Part shown: piece by piece, positions 1-9,447 of the stretch
How the letters are laid out: every line of letters starts with the position of its first letter
Numbering within the stretch: the stretch's first letter is position 1
Assembly (NCBI RefSeq): GCF_052102835.1
Contig: NZ_JBQEIL010000004.1
Coordinates: forward strand, 7,003 to 71,002
Direction of reading: 5' to 3'
DNA: 64,000 bases
Origin: Vagococcus sp.
GTDB lineage: Bacteria; Bacillota; Bacilli; Lactobacillales; Vagococcaceae
Notes under the pieces: generated by a model
Database searches by the model: none
Seen by the model: only the letters and a program-made list of their open reading frames with translations
Told to the model about the DNA's origin: nothing
Translations under genes and position numbers: made by a program

Positions 1-1
1 A

Positions 2-262
2 TTTGTTGAAGAAGTCATTGATAATATTGCTTCTGAAATACCGATTGATGAAACACAAATTCGTCAAGTTTTAAAAGGTTTTGATAAAAAAGGAAACAAC
101 TTAGTTTTTTCAGTTGATGTTAGTAAAATCTCTAAACAAGCGGTTGGTAGTTTGGTGCAAGGAGTTGCTAGTCGTTTTACGAAGCTTAACATTACTAAAA
201 TATCTAATAATTTAATTAATGTAACTTTCCAAGGTCAAAAAATTGATTTAATTAAAAAATAA
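2..262 (+). CDS. 3' end of a hypothetical protein (partial, starts before the window)
   Basis: Open frame from position 2 (FVEEVIDNIASEIP...QKIDLIKK) to TAA at 260-262; no family recognised. Confidence 0.6.
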   Translation, partial: FVEEVIDNIASEIPIDETQIRQVLKGFDKKGNNLVFSVDVSKISKQAVGSLVQGVASRFTKLNITKISNNLINVTFQGQKIDLIKK

Positions 263-357
263 GCGGATTAAATACGAGACTTATTCAATTTTTGCGTGCT
301 AAAGCTAACTTTTAGAGGGAAATGTTATTCATTTCACTAAATTTCATTAAAAAGTTG

Positions 358-386
358 TTGTTTATTTTTTGTGAATCCGTTATAAT
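358..386 (+). promoter_or_regulatory. SigA-type promoter
   Basis: TTGTTT (358-363), 17-nt spacer, TATAAT (381-386). Confidence 0.5.
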
Positions 387-566
387 AAAGGTGCTTGCAA
401 AAGTAAAAGAAGATTATTTTATTGAACAGTTAAGTTGTCATTGTAAATCGCATGTCATATTTTATCTTAAACTAACTTTAAGAAGAAATAGGTTGATTTT
501 CAAGGCTGACTTGATTTTGGTCATAAAATGCTCTTCAAAAATTGTAACATACTCTCTTATACGCTA

Positions 567-601
567 GGTCATGTCTTGAAAATAGATGTGGTCTTTTTTT
601 T
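567..601 (+). terminator. Intrinsic terminator candidate
   Basis: GGTCATGTCT-loop-AGATGTGGTC stem (with G-U pairs) followed by a T8 run. Confidence 0.5.
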
Positions 602-632
602 GTTCAATCTTTATTTGATTAAAATAAGAGAT

Positions 633-696
633 AAAATAAACCTTATCTATATGAGAAGTTTAACTATACTTCTCATTAGATAAGGTTTATTTTTTT
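633..696. terminator. Long inverted repeat / bidirectional terminator
   Basis: AAATAAACCTTATCTA(T)ATGAGAAGT...ACTTCTCAT-TAGATAAGGTTTATTT, ~25-bp arms with A/T runs on the flanks. Confidence 0.65.
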
Positions 697-860
697 ATTC
701 AGCGATAATTAGAGTTGCCTTTTCAAAAACGACAATACTTGTCAAAGTTGCCAAAACTAGGGTGAAAAAGAAAGAGTAGTGAACTTGTTTGTTATATATG
801 TTGAGTTATTATATACTATTGCTAAGTTTATTTTACTTATAGTAAAGAAATAGGGGATAT

Positions 861-3800
861 ATGGTGAATTATGCTAAGTATTTAATGAAATCATTATTAA
901 TGACAACTATTTTTTTGTTTTTAAATGGTAGCGTTTTTTTTGCTGCTCAAGAATTTAAATCAATTTTAACATTACCAGGGATAAATAAAGTCGAATCACG
1001 AGGGACCGTTCCTTTGCCGGTAGACAATAGTTATACACCTAAATTTAGTCAAGCGGACTCAACAGCAACGGCACAAACAGATGATCAAGAGGTTAAATTA
1101 TCTATTATTGAAGCAGAAGATAATAATGATGATTCTTTTAAGGGAAAGATAGCCATTTTTGAGAAGAAGGAAGCAAGTAAGACAAATAAAAGTACAGGTT
1201 CTGTTCTTTACAAAAATATGGGACGTTATAAAGGTAAAAATGTAAACGTTCGTTTAAAGTTTAGTACAAATTCTAAAAAATTAGTTTTAGGTTTAAGTAA
1301 TACAAATGCACTTGGTATTTATAATGGATTGTATTCTGACGGAGGAATCTTTATAGATGTAAGTTATGAATTTTTGGATGACCAGCTAGCACCGATGACA
1401 ATCAGTGGACATTGGACCTATTATGCATTAAATATATTGAAAGATATAAAGTTTTCCAAAAATCAATTTGATAAATATTATGCGATGACTTCAGCTGACT
1501 ACCAATATGCAATGGATGATTCTGATGAAAAAATAACATTGGGTAAAAGGGATAGTACGACTCATGATAATCGTGATAATTCTTATTTAACTGTAACATT
1601 TAATAATAAATCAAAGCTAAACTATCAAATTGAATGTTTAAAACCCAATAATACATTTGGGGTACTTTATGCGTCTAACTCTATTTGTAAAATTGTGAAT
1701 CATGAGATATTTGCAGGAGGTAAAACGATTCGAGGACAATATCGTAACGAACATCGCCAGATTTACCAACTAGAGCCACGAGTCCCTCATGTCGATAAAA
1801 ATGCATACTATAAAAATTATCAAATTCTAGCACCATTAGCAGCACCTTTAGAAGTTGAGGCCTCAAAGATAAAAATTACCGATGAAAATGAGGTTGATCG
1901 AACGAATTTGTTTGATGTTTCAATATCGGGAACGAATGAATTGAGTATCAAAGCTAAAAAAGAGGGTGAAACGATTAGTAATTCTGAATTTTATGACCAT
2001 CGATATACCATTAAAATCTTTGGTAAAACGAAAGACAGCGAAAAGAAGAAAGACTTAAAATTACCGTTACAAGCTGTTTTAACCGTTGACGGAACGCCAT
2101 ATTCATCGAATAAAGCTGAAACACAGTTTGATGCAACTACAGAAAATGATTTAAATGTGAAGGTCAAGCGAACAGGACAGATATTGACTTTTACGGATGT
2201 TCAGTTGGAGGATAGTACCATTTTAAAAAGAGATTATCAAATGATAGAGTTTAAATTACCTGAGAAGATAGAACCAGAAAAATTAGAATTACCTGATAAG
2301 TGGTTTCAATTGAAAAAATCAGATGATGATCAAGATAATATTATTACACTTTCGATGAAAGGAAATAATAGTGCCAAGCAGATTAAAACATTTTTAGAAA
2401 AAAATATTAGTTTTCTGGATAAAAATGCGAAAGGCGTATTAAATAAGCAAAAAATAGAAGTTATTATGTTCTCTGAAGTGATTACTTCTTTACAAGATGA
2501 GGAAGGGATTCGTCATTATTATCAGTTTGTTTCAGTAGATAAACCGGCAGCGGTCAATGATTATACTTGGTTACACGCGTATAATGATGCTAAGAAAATG
2601 AATTTACGTGGCTTACGTGGTTATTTAGCAACGTTGACAAGCTTTGAGGAACATAGTTTTGTTTATGATAATATTGCGAAATACTCTGGTTACTTTGGAG
2701 GTACTCGTTTATTGAGAGGAAGTACAAAACAATATATCAACGATCCAGTGTCATTAAGCACGGATATTGGTGACTACTCGTATAATGATCCTGCATCAGA
2801 TAAATGGTATTGGGCAAATGGTCCTGAGGCGGGAAAAATTTTTTATGACTTTCGAACATATAGTGATTTTAAAGCAGATTCGCGTCCAGTGAATGAAAAA
2901 GAGATTGCTTATAATGGATTTAGGAATAAAGAAAATAAAAAATTGATGCTACCTACAGATGATCCCAACGAAATAATGGAAAATTCGGCAGAACCAAACG
3001 ATAGTGGGAAGAGAGAATTCGTGACCCAGTTTGCTGTAAGTGGTAAGTGGTGGAATGATGTCCCACATAATACAATGGCCACGTCTAATATTTTAGGTTA
3101 CTATGTTGAATTCTCTGAATATGGTGATCAAGTAGAAACTGAAACAGATGAAAATGAAATTCAAGCAATCGCAACAGCAAAAATACCAGCACCTATTCGT
3201 CAATCCTTTAAAAGTGCAACGAATAATCAAGAGCTTTATTCGTTAAAAGATTATGATGATGGAATTAAAATCGGTGACCGGTTGACACTTGAGACTAAAA
3301 CGAAAGAACATTATCTGATTGAAAAACCAGCGACTCGTGAAGTGACCATTACAGACACAACTCAAGAAATCATAGATAAATACCAACCTAAAAAATATAC
3401 AATAACGTATGATTTACTTGGCGGTACAAGTGAAAAAGAACTAACGCAAACCTTTACGATAGAAGATAAACAAGTCACTCTTTTATCTAGTGATGGAATT
3501 ATAAAAAAAGGTCATGAATTAATCAAATGGGAAGCAAAAGAAGTTGGAAAGGACTATACACTTGGGCAAGTCGTTACTAGCAAAGAACTTGGCGGCTCAC
3601 TCAAATTGTCTGCAAATTGGGAAATAAAAGAAGTCATGATGACAGTTTATTATAAGCTAGAGAATAAAAATGGGAATTTAGAAGACTTAAAGGATTTAGA
3701 GCAAGAATTAGAAGTAAAAAAATTCAAACATGTTGAAGTCCAAGTCGATGATCCTATATTGACTCATTTAAATCCACTAATCAATCAAAAAGTGAAAGGC

Positions 3801-4331
3801 TACCTTTATCAGAGAAGTACGCTAAAAACATTAGATAATGAGTTAGGTGCATTGATGGAAAAAATACCTCAGCATGATTTTGAGGTTAACATGATTTATA
3901 CAGGAACGTTAGATTTAGAAGTTCCACTCAGTCTAACGTTTAAACCGCAAAAACTATTAGCAACAAAGCAAACCAGGATTCCTTTAACAAGACTATCAAC
4001 GATAGAAATAATCAATACTCAGGGAGAAGGAAGCCAGTGGAAATTAGGTGTGACGTTGGCCAAAAAAATGAAATTAAAAAAAGGACTAAGTGGCGATCAA
4101 AAGTTACTAGGTCAAATTTATTATCAAGAAAATGCGTTAGGAGAACCTAAATTAATTAGCTCAGGGTCAGTGACTGACCTGAAAAAAGAAGAAAATCCAA
4201 CCATTATAAATGACTTACTATTATTTACAGAAGACCAGTCAAAAGGTCTTTATCTTGATACTTTTACAGGTAATTTGGCAGGTAAATATGAAGATGGCGA
4301 AATAGATTGGGAATTAGCGAATGTGAAATAA
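861..4331 (+). CDS. Large secreted WxL-domain cell-surface protein with C-type lectin-like domain and one InlB B-repeat-like module
   Basis: N-terminal signal-like segment; residues ~552-760 show TWLHAY...GYLATLTSFEE...WYWANGPE...EPND...WND; YTITYDLLGG...LSANWE repeat; C-terminus ends IDWELANVK (WxL signature); no LPxTG. Confidence 0.75.
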   Translation: MVNYAKYLMKSLLMTTIFLFLNGSVFFAAQEFKSILTLPGINKVESRGTVPLPVDNSYTPKFSQADSTATAQTDDQEVKLSIIEAEDNNDDSFKGKIAIFEKKEASKTNKSTGSVLYKNMGRYKGKNVNVRLKFSTNSKKLVLGLSNTNALGIYNGLYSDGGIFIDVSYEFLDDQLAPMTISGHWTYYALNILKDIKFSKNQFDKYYAMTSADYQYAMDDSDEKITLGKRDSTTHDNRDNSYLTVTFNNKSKLNYQIECLKPNNTFGVLYASNSICKIVNHEIFAGGKTIRGQYRNEHRQIYQLEPRVPHVDKNAYYKNYQILAPLAAPLEVEASKIKITDENEVDRTNLFDVSISGTNELSIKAKKEGETISNSEFYDHRYTIKIFGKTKDSEKKKDLKLPLQAVLTVDGTPYSSNKAETQFDATTENDLNVKVKRTGQILTFTDVQLEDSTILKRDYQMIEFKLPEKIEPEKLELPDKWFQLKKSDDDQDNIITLSMKGNNSAKQIKTFLEKNISFLDKNAKGVLNKQKIEVIMFSEVITSLQDEEGIRHYYQFVSVDKPAAVNDYTWLHAYNDAKKMNLRGLRGYLATLTSFEEHSFVYDNIAKYSGYFGGTRLLRGSTKQYINDPVSLSTDIGDYSYNDPASDKWYWANGPEAGKIFYDFRTYSDFKADSRPVNEKEIAYNGFRNKENKKLMLPTDDPNEIMENSAEPNDSGKREFVTQFAVSGKWWNDVPHNTMATSNILGYYVEFSEYGDQVETETDENEIQAIATAKIPAPIRQSFKSATNNQELYSLKDYDDGIKIGDRLTLETKTKEHYLIEKPATREVTITDTTQEIIDKYQPKKYTITYDLLGGTSEKELTQTFTIEDKQVTLLSSDGIIKKGHELIKWEAKEVGKDYTLGQVVTSKELGGSLKLSANWEIKEVMMTVYYKLENKNGNLEDLKDLEQELEVKKFKHVEVQVDDPILTHLNPLINQKVKGYLYQRSTLKTLDNELGALMEKIPQHDFEVNMIYTGTLDLEVPLSLTFKPQKLLATKQTRIPLTRLSTIEIINTQGEGSQWKLGVTLAKKMKLKKGLSGDQKLLGQIYYQENALGEPKLISSGSVTDLKKEENPTIINDLLLFTEDQSKGLYLDTFTGNLAGKYEDGEIDWELANVK

Positions 4332-4354
4332 AAAAATGAAGATTTTAAAAAAAC

Positions 4355-4395
4355 TTGTTCAGTAATACACAAATAACGTTAAATGATGGTATAAT
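4355..4395 (+). promoter_or_regulatory. fucO promoter with possible Rex operator
   Basis: Extended -10 TGGTATAAT (4387-4395); TTGTTCAGTAATACACAA (4355-4372) matches the Rex consensus TTGTGAA-N4-TTCACAA with 3 mismatches. Confidence 0.4.
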
Positions 4396-4437
4396 AATAG
4401 ATAAGCTATTCAAAAAATAACAAAAGGATGATGTATT

Positions 4438-5592
4438 GTGTCAGTTAACCGTATGATTTTAAATGAAACGTCTTATTTTGGAAAAGGTGCCATTCAAGAA
4501 ATTGTACCAGAAATTAAAAAAAGAGGATTTAAAAAAGTATTGCTTGTAACCGATAAGCAATTGGCGACATCAGATGTTGTAGGTTCGATTAAAGAATTAT
4601 TAACGACAGCGACGATTAATTTTGAAGTTTATAGTGGAATTGTACCGAATCCATCAATTGAAGATGTTCAAAATGGAGTAGAGTTTGCTAAGAAAATGCA
4701 AGCAGATTGTATTTTAGCCGTTGGAGGTGGGTCACCAATTGATACTGCTAAAGCAATTGGGATCATTGTTACTAATCCCGAATTTGCAGACGTACGAAGT
4801 TTAGAGGGTGTTGCAGATACTAAGAAACCATGTTTACCAATCTTAGCAGTTCCAACAACAGCCGGAACAGCAGCAGAAGTAACGATTAATTATGTGATTA
4901 CAGATAAAGAAAAAAACAGAAAATTTGTTTGTGCCGACCCACATGATATTCCCGTTGTTTCTTTTGTCGATAGTGATTTAATGATGGGAATGCCTAAAGC
5001 ATTGTGTGCAGCTACTGGTATGGATGCACTGACTCATGCGGTTGAGGGATTGATTACTCAAGGCGCTTGGGAAATGACGGATATGCTGCATTTGAAAGCA
5101 ATTGAAATTATCACGCGTTCTTTAAAAGACTCAGTAGAAGGCAATCAAACAGCTAGAGAAGAAATGGCATTAGGCCAATATATCGCAGGCATGGGTTTTT
5201 CAAATGTTGGTTTAGGACTTGTTCACGGGATGGCACATCCATTGAGTGCTTGGTATGATATCCCCCACGGTGTTGCGTGTGCCTCTTTATTACCAACGGT
5301 TCTAGACTTTAATAAAGATTTTACGGGTGAGAAATATCGTGAGATGGCAAAAGTGATGGGAATTGAAAATGCTGAGACCTTATCATTAAGCGACGTTCGT
5401 GAGAAGGTTGTTACGGCAATTGATACTTTGGGTCAAGCTGTAGGTATCCCAAGAACTATTTCTGAATTAGGTGTGAAACAAGAAGATTTAGAAGAAATTG
5501 CTAAGGATGCAATTAATGATGTTTGTTCACCAGGAAATCCACGAGAAGCAAGTTTAGAACAAGTCATTGCACTATATGAAAGTTTAATGTAA
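4438..5592 (+). CDS. fucO: Lactaldehyde reductase / iron-containing alcohol dehydrogenase
   Basis: NRMILNETSYFG N-terminus, AVGGGSPID, PTTAGTAAEVT, GMDALTHAVE, GLVHGMAHPL and HGVA metal-binding motifs. Confidence 0.85.
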   Translation: MSVNRMILNETSYFGKGAIQEIVPEIKKRGFKKVLLVTDKQLATSDVVGSIKELLTTATINFEVYSGIVPNPSIEDVQNGVEFAKKMQADCILAVGGGSPIDTAKAIGIIVTNPEFADVRSLEGVADTKKPCLPILAVPTTAGTAAEVTINYVITDKEKNRKFVCADPHDIPVVSFVDSDLMMGMPKALCAATGMDALTHAVEGLITQGAWEMTDMLHLKAIEIITRSLKDSVEGNQTAREEMALGQYIAGMGFSNVGLGLVHGMAHPLSAWYDIPHGVACASLLPTVLDFNKDFTGEKYREMAKVMGIENAETLSLSDVREKVVTAIDTLGQAVGIPRTISELGVKQEDLEEIAKDAINDVCSPGNPREASLEQVIALYESLM

Positions 5593-5597
5593 TAAAA

Positions 5598-5645
5598 TAA
5601 ACTTATCAACGAACAGTTTATAATCTGTCGTTGATAAGTTTTTTT
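5598..5645. terminator. Bidirectional terminator between convergent fucO and ndk
   Basis: AAACTTATCAACG...CGTTGATAAGTTT followed by T run. Confidence 0.8.
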
Positions 5646-5655
5646 ATTTTAATAT

Positions 5656-6057
5656 TTAACCAAAGAAACGCTTAATTTCAATTTCTGCAGCAGTGGTTGA
5701 ATCAGAAGCATGAATAATATTCGCACCTGATTCAAAAGCATATTTAGCTCGAATAGTTCCAGGTAGAGCTTCTAAAGGATTAGTCGCTCCCACCATTTGA
5801 CGGATAGCAGCAATTCCAGAAGGGCCTTCTAAAATCAAACAAACAACAGGACCTGATGTCATGTAATCAATGACATCTTGGAAGAATGATTTTCCCTCTA
5901 AATGAGCATAATGTTCTTTAACAATGTTCTTTTCTAATAACTCCATTTTCATTTCTTTGATCGCAAATCCTCTTTGTTCAAAACTTTGAATAATTTCACC
6001 AATGATTTGTTTTTTGACACCATCAGGTTTGATGATAACAAGTGATTGTTCTAACAA
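5656..6057 (-). CDS. ndk: Nucleoside-diphosphate kinase
   Basis: IIKPDG, YMTSGPV, GATNP...PGTIR, NIIHASD motifs; TTG start with AGGAGG RBS. Confidence 0.95.
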   Translation of the reverse strand: MLEQSLVIIKPDGVKKQIIGEIIQSFEQRGFAIKEMKMELLEKNIVKEHYAHLEGKSFFQDVIDYMTSGPVVCLILEGPSGIAAIRQMVGATNPLEALPGTIRAKYAFESGANIIHASDSTTAAEIEIKRFFG

Positions 6058-6257
6058 TTAAATTCCTCCTAAAAAGTGATAACGCTTTCATTATACTGAA
6101 AGTTCTGAAAAAAGCAACCCTGTTTTTAACTGTTGATTTTATCGTTATAACACTAAGAAAATAAATGAATTGTAAAAAGGTGTTAATTATTTATCTTTTA
6201 AAGAATAAAGAAACATGTTATAATAAAGTATGTATATATAAAGGAGGAGTTTTTAGT

Positions 6258-6893
6258 ATGAAACGATTTTTAAGTTTTCTATTAATGGTAGGTTTAATCA
6301 TGCTTTTTCCAGTGATTACACATGCTGAAGGAGCAATCACTGCTGACGAACAACGTATTTTAGATGCGTTAAATCAAGGGGTTACAGCAAATGGTCAAAC
6401 ATTTTACTTTTCGTCAACTGATATTCAACAAGCAGAAAACGATTTAAAAACATATGATTATGAAGCATCAACAGTTAATCAAATTGTTGGCAATATAAAC
6501 TCTGCTCGTCAATTAGTTATTGACAATTCAGCAGGAATGACAGCATCAAGCTTAACTGATTTATTAAAACAATTACCTAGAGATGTTCAAAAGCAAGTAG
6601 GGTATTATGTAGCCGCTTCGGCTAAAGCATTAGATGTTAAAGTGGATCAAAATGGTTCAGTTGTGACTAATAATTACTATACTAATGGCGAAACTGAAAA
6701 AGGTTCAAAAGGTGGAGCAGCAAGTGGAGACGCTGGTCGTAAAGTTTTTGTACCAACGAATGCTAAAAATCCAGTTGTTAAAACAACAGGTGGTAATTAT
6801 GTGATGCCCTTTGCTGTTTTAGGTTCATTAGCAATTGCAACTTTTGGATTAGCGATTGCATCAAGTAACAAATGGAGTACCATCAATGCGTAA
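6258..6893 (+). CDS. Secreted protein, probable sortase substrate (C-terminal VVKTTG plus hydrophobic segment)
   Basis: Start moved to ATG 6258 behind AAGGAGG; signal peptide ending HA-EG; C-terminal NPVVKTTGG followed by a hydrophobic stretch; overlaps the sortase gene. Confidence 0.7.
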   Translation: MKRFLSFLLMVGLIMLFPVITHAEGAITADEQRILDALNQGVTANGQTFYFSSTDIQQAENDLKTYDYEASTVNQIVGNINSARQLVIDNSAGMTASSLTDLLKQLPRDVQKQVGYYVAASAKALDVKVDQNGSVVTNNYYTNGETEKGSKGGAASGDAGRKVFVPTNAKNPVVKTTGGNYVMPFAVLGSLAIATFGLAIASSNKWSTINA

Positions 6894-7575
6894 GAATAAA
6901 TTATTGGCGTATCTCTATATGCCCATAATTTTTTCTTTTTTTAGTGTCCTTTTGTTAGCCCTATTGTTATCTCCTTTTATGAAAACAACAAAAGTTGTTT
7001 TGGGAGCAGTAACGGTTAACAACCCGACTGAGATAATGAAAAAAGAAAATAAATCTATTTTTAAGCCAAATGAAGAGATTAAGAAAATTAAACCCGTCAA
7101 TAATAATAAGCAACTTCCATCGAGCAAAATCGAGTATCCAACTTTAGGTACTGAATATGGACGTGTAATTGTTGATAAGTTTAATGTACAAGCAAAATTG
7201 ATTTATGGTGACTCGCCAGAGGATTTAAGAATAGGTGTTGGGCATTTTAATGGGAGTGTTTTCCCTGGAGAAAAGGGAGCAACTTTAATTGGCGGTCATA
7301 ATACAAATGAATTGGCTGCTTTAGATAATGTTATTTCAGGTGATACAATTACAGTTAAAACAAACTATGAAACGTATCAATATCGAGTTTCAGATAAAAA
7401 AGTATTAAGATTTGATGATTCAGAGGCCATTAAATCGCTGTATGATAAAACGATTGAAACAAATAAACTCATTCTTTATACTTGCTATCCAATTGATATG
7501 ATTGGTCTAACGGATGACCGTTTATTTGTCTATGCTGATTTAGTATCTGGTAAGATGCTTGATGATGCTCAGTAG
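6886..7575 (+). CDS. Class D sortase
   Basis: N-terminal membrane anchor; LIGGHN (His), LILYTCYP (Cys) and downstream DDRLF (Arg); YG...GVGH motif typical of class D; start at ATG 6886 with GGAG RBS. Confidence 0.85.
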   Translation: MRKNKLLAYLYMPIIFSFFSVLLLALLLSPFMKTTKVVLGAVTVNNPTEIMKKENKSIFKPNEEIKKIKPVNNNKQLPSSKIEYPTLGTEYGRVIVDKFNVQAKLIYGDSPEDLRIGVGHFNGSVFPGEKGATLIGGHNTNELAALDNVISGDTITVKTNYETYQYRVSDKKVLRFDDSEAIKSLYDKTIETNKLILYTCYPIDMIGLTDDRLFVYADLVSGKMLDDAQ

Positions 7576-7586
7576 GAGGAAAAGTC

Positions 7587-8495
7587 GTGCAAAAAAAACT
7601 AGTTTCACTTTATCAAGGATTAATCACCATCATGATGATTATGGTTTTATTTTTATTATCCGCTTTAATTCTGACACGACAAACGTATGTGTCAAGTGAG
7701 TATCTGATTAAGACAGCTGAAGAAATAAATTACTATGAAGAAACAGCTCAAAATATAAATCAATCGTTTCAAGATATAGGGATGGCAAGTGGAATTTCAA
7801 AAGATGGTTTGGAGCAAGTAATCTCAAAAGATCAAGTAAAAAAAGATTTTGATGGTTTCATTAACGCTTCTTTTAAAGGAAAAGCCTATGAAGTCAATCG
7901 TAAAGAAATCGAAAATGAAGTCAATCAAGCGGTTCAAAGTTATGCGAAAAAAACAAACAAGAAGATCACCCAAGAGAACGAACAGGCGATTTCTTTTTTT
8001 CTAGAAAAAACATCGGAAAGTTATGATCAAGCATTACGTTTGCCGTTAGTTCCGACGATTGGTTTACGAGTTGCTCAATTTAAAAATCAAATAGTCAAAT
8101 TAATCATTGGATTGTTATTGGTTTTAACGTTACTTATGGGGTTACAATATTTTGCTTCAAAACGTCGGTTGCATATCATGTTACGTTTTGTTGCATATGC
8201 AAATTTAAGTACAGGGTTATTGTATTTTCTATCAGCGATTGTATTGAAATATTTTAATCCAGTTCATCGGTTATCATTGACTGATAAAAATTTATTTGAT
8301 TTGGTAACAACGTATGTCACAGGAACCTTTTCTTGGTTACTTGTTCTTGGTTTAATCTTTATTGTTATTGGCTCAATCTTTGCAATTCTATCCAACTCAA
8401 TTCGAACTCGCTTGATAAAAAAATCAAGACGTAGAGAATTAGAAAAGAAAAAAGGTTATGACATGTTTTACCATCAAAAAAATGTGTCCAGATAA
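7587..8495 (+). CDS. Membrane protein of unknown function
   Basis: N-terminal TM helix, extracellular helical region, three C-terminal TM helices, basic tail; GGAGG RBS and GTG start. Confidence 0.75.
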   Translation: MQKKLVSLYQGLITIMMIMVLFLLSALILTRQTYVSSEYLIKTAEEINYYEETAQNINQSFQDIGMASGISKDGLEQVISKDQVKKDFDGFINASFKGKAYEVNRKEIENEVNQAVQSYAKKTNKKITQENEQAISFFLEKTSESYDQALRLPLVPTIGLRVAQFKNQIVKLIIGLLLVLTLLMGLQYFASKRRLHIMLRFVAYANLSTGLLYFLSAIVLKYFNPVHRLSLTDKNLFDLVTTYVTGTFSWLLVLGLIFIVIGSIFAILSNSIRTRLIKKSRRRELEKKKGYDMFYHQKNVSR

Positions 8496-8502
8496 AGAAC
8501 AG

Positions 8503-8537
8503 AAGAGTTGGACATAATTATGACCAATTCTTTTTTT
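8503..8537 (+). terminator. Intrinsic terminator
   Basis: AAGAGTTGG...CCAATTCTT followed by T run. Confidence 0.65.
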
Positions 8538-8602
8538 GTTATATTCTTTTTAGCTAAAAATTCATATTTTGTAGTTAAAATGGAAATAATTAATAAAGTT
8601 AG

Positions 8603-9319
8603 GTGGAACGAAAAAATATGGAATTTGCCCCACAAAAATTACTTAAAATGATTGATGAAAATAAAAAGAATACCAATATGTATTTAAAAATTTTAGAGAG
8701 TTATGTTAACATGAGTATTTATTATCAGTCAGCGATAGATGAGATTGAAACTAAATTAAAAATTATTGATCGTGAATTAAGCTATCATGAAACGATTGGT
8801 CGAGCCAATATGCTTCATCAAGTTCAGTCGCGAGTGAAATCATTTGAGAGTATTTTAAAAAAGCTTGAACGAAAAAATTTGATGTATTCACCTGAAATTG
8901 TTGAAAAAGAACTTTTAGATATTGCTGGTATTCGAATTATTTGTTCTTATATTGATGATATTTACCTTATTTTAAATTCGTTAAGTCAACAATCTGACAT
9001 TACCATTTTAGAAGTCGAAGATTATATCAAAGAGCCTAAAGAAAGTGGTTATCGAAGTTTACATGCGATTCTTGAAATTCCAGTTTTTTTCTTTAAAGAA
9101 ACGAGAAAGTTAAAGGTCGAAATTCAGTTTCGGACGATTGCGATGGATTTTTGGGCGAGTTTGGAACATGGGTTACGCTATAAAATGACAACGACAGAAC
9201 CAGAGTTGGCAAAACGCTTAATAAGTAGTGCTTTGACAATAGCGACAATGGAAGAAGAAATGTTAGCTATACGAAATGAAATCGAACAACAAAAATTAAA
9301 TGCATCTAACAATCGCTAA
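8603..9319 (+). CDS. Small alarmone ((p)ppGpp) synthetase, RelP/RelQ family
   Basis: SRVKSFESILKK, DIAGIRIIC, GYRSLH, EIQFRTIAMDFWASLEH motifs; 238 aa with no hydrolase domain. Confidence 0.9.
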   Translation: MERKNMEFAPQKLLKMIDENKKNTNMYLKILESYVNMSIYYQSAIDEIETKLKIIDRELSYHETIGRANMLHQVQSRVKSFESILKKLERKNLMYSPEIVEKELLDIAGIRIICSYIDDIYLILNSLSQQSDITILEVEDYIKEPKESGYRSLHAILEIPVFFFKETRKLKVEIQFRTIAMDFWASLEHGLRYKMTTTEPELAKRLISSALTIATMEEEMLAIRNEIEQQKLNASNNR

Positions 9320-9344
9320 GTTTTAGATTGTTAGATGTTTTTTT
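9302..9344 (+). terminator. Intrinsic terminator overlapping the stop codon
   Basis: GCATCTAACAATC...GATTGTTAGATGT followed by T run. Confidence 0.75.
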
Positions 9345-9447
9345 GTTTACTCTACAAAAGTGTAAATAGACTCTTCAAAGTTATATTGGATTAATTATAA
9401 GAGAGGGTATACTTAATCTATCAAAATAAACAGGTGGTGAGCATCGA

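Noticed and set aside
322-567. 81-aa ORF in the first intergenic region
   Set aside because: The RBS-like GAGGG is only ~2 nt from the ATG, there is no recognisable motif, and the ORF spans a promoter and runs into a terminator.
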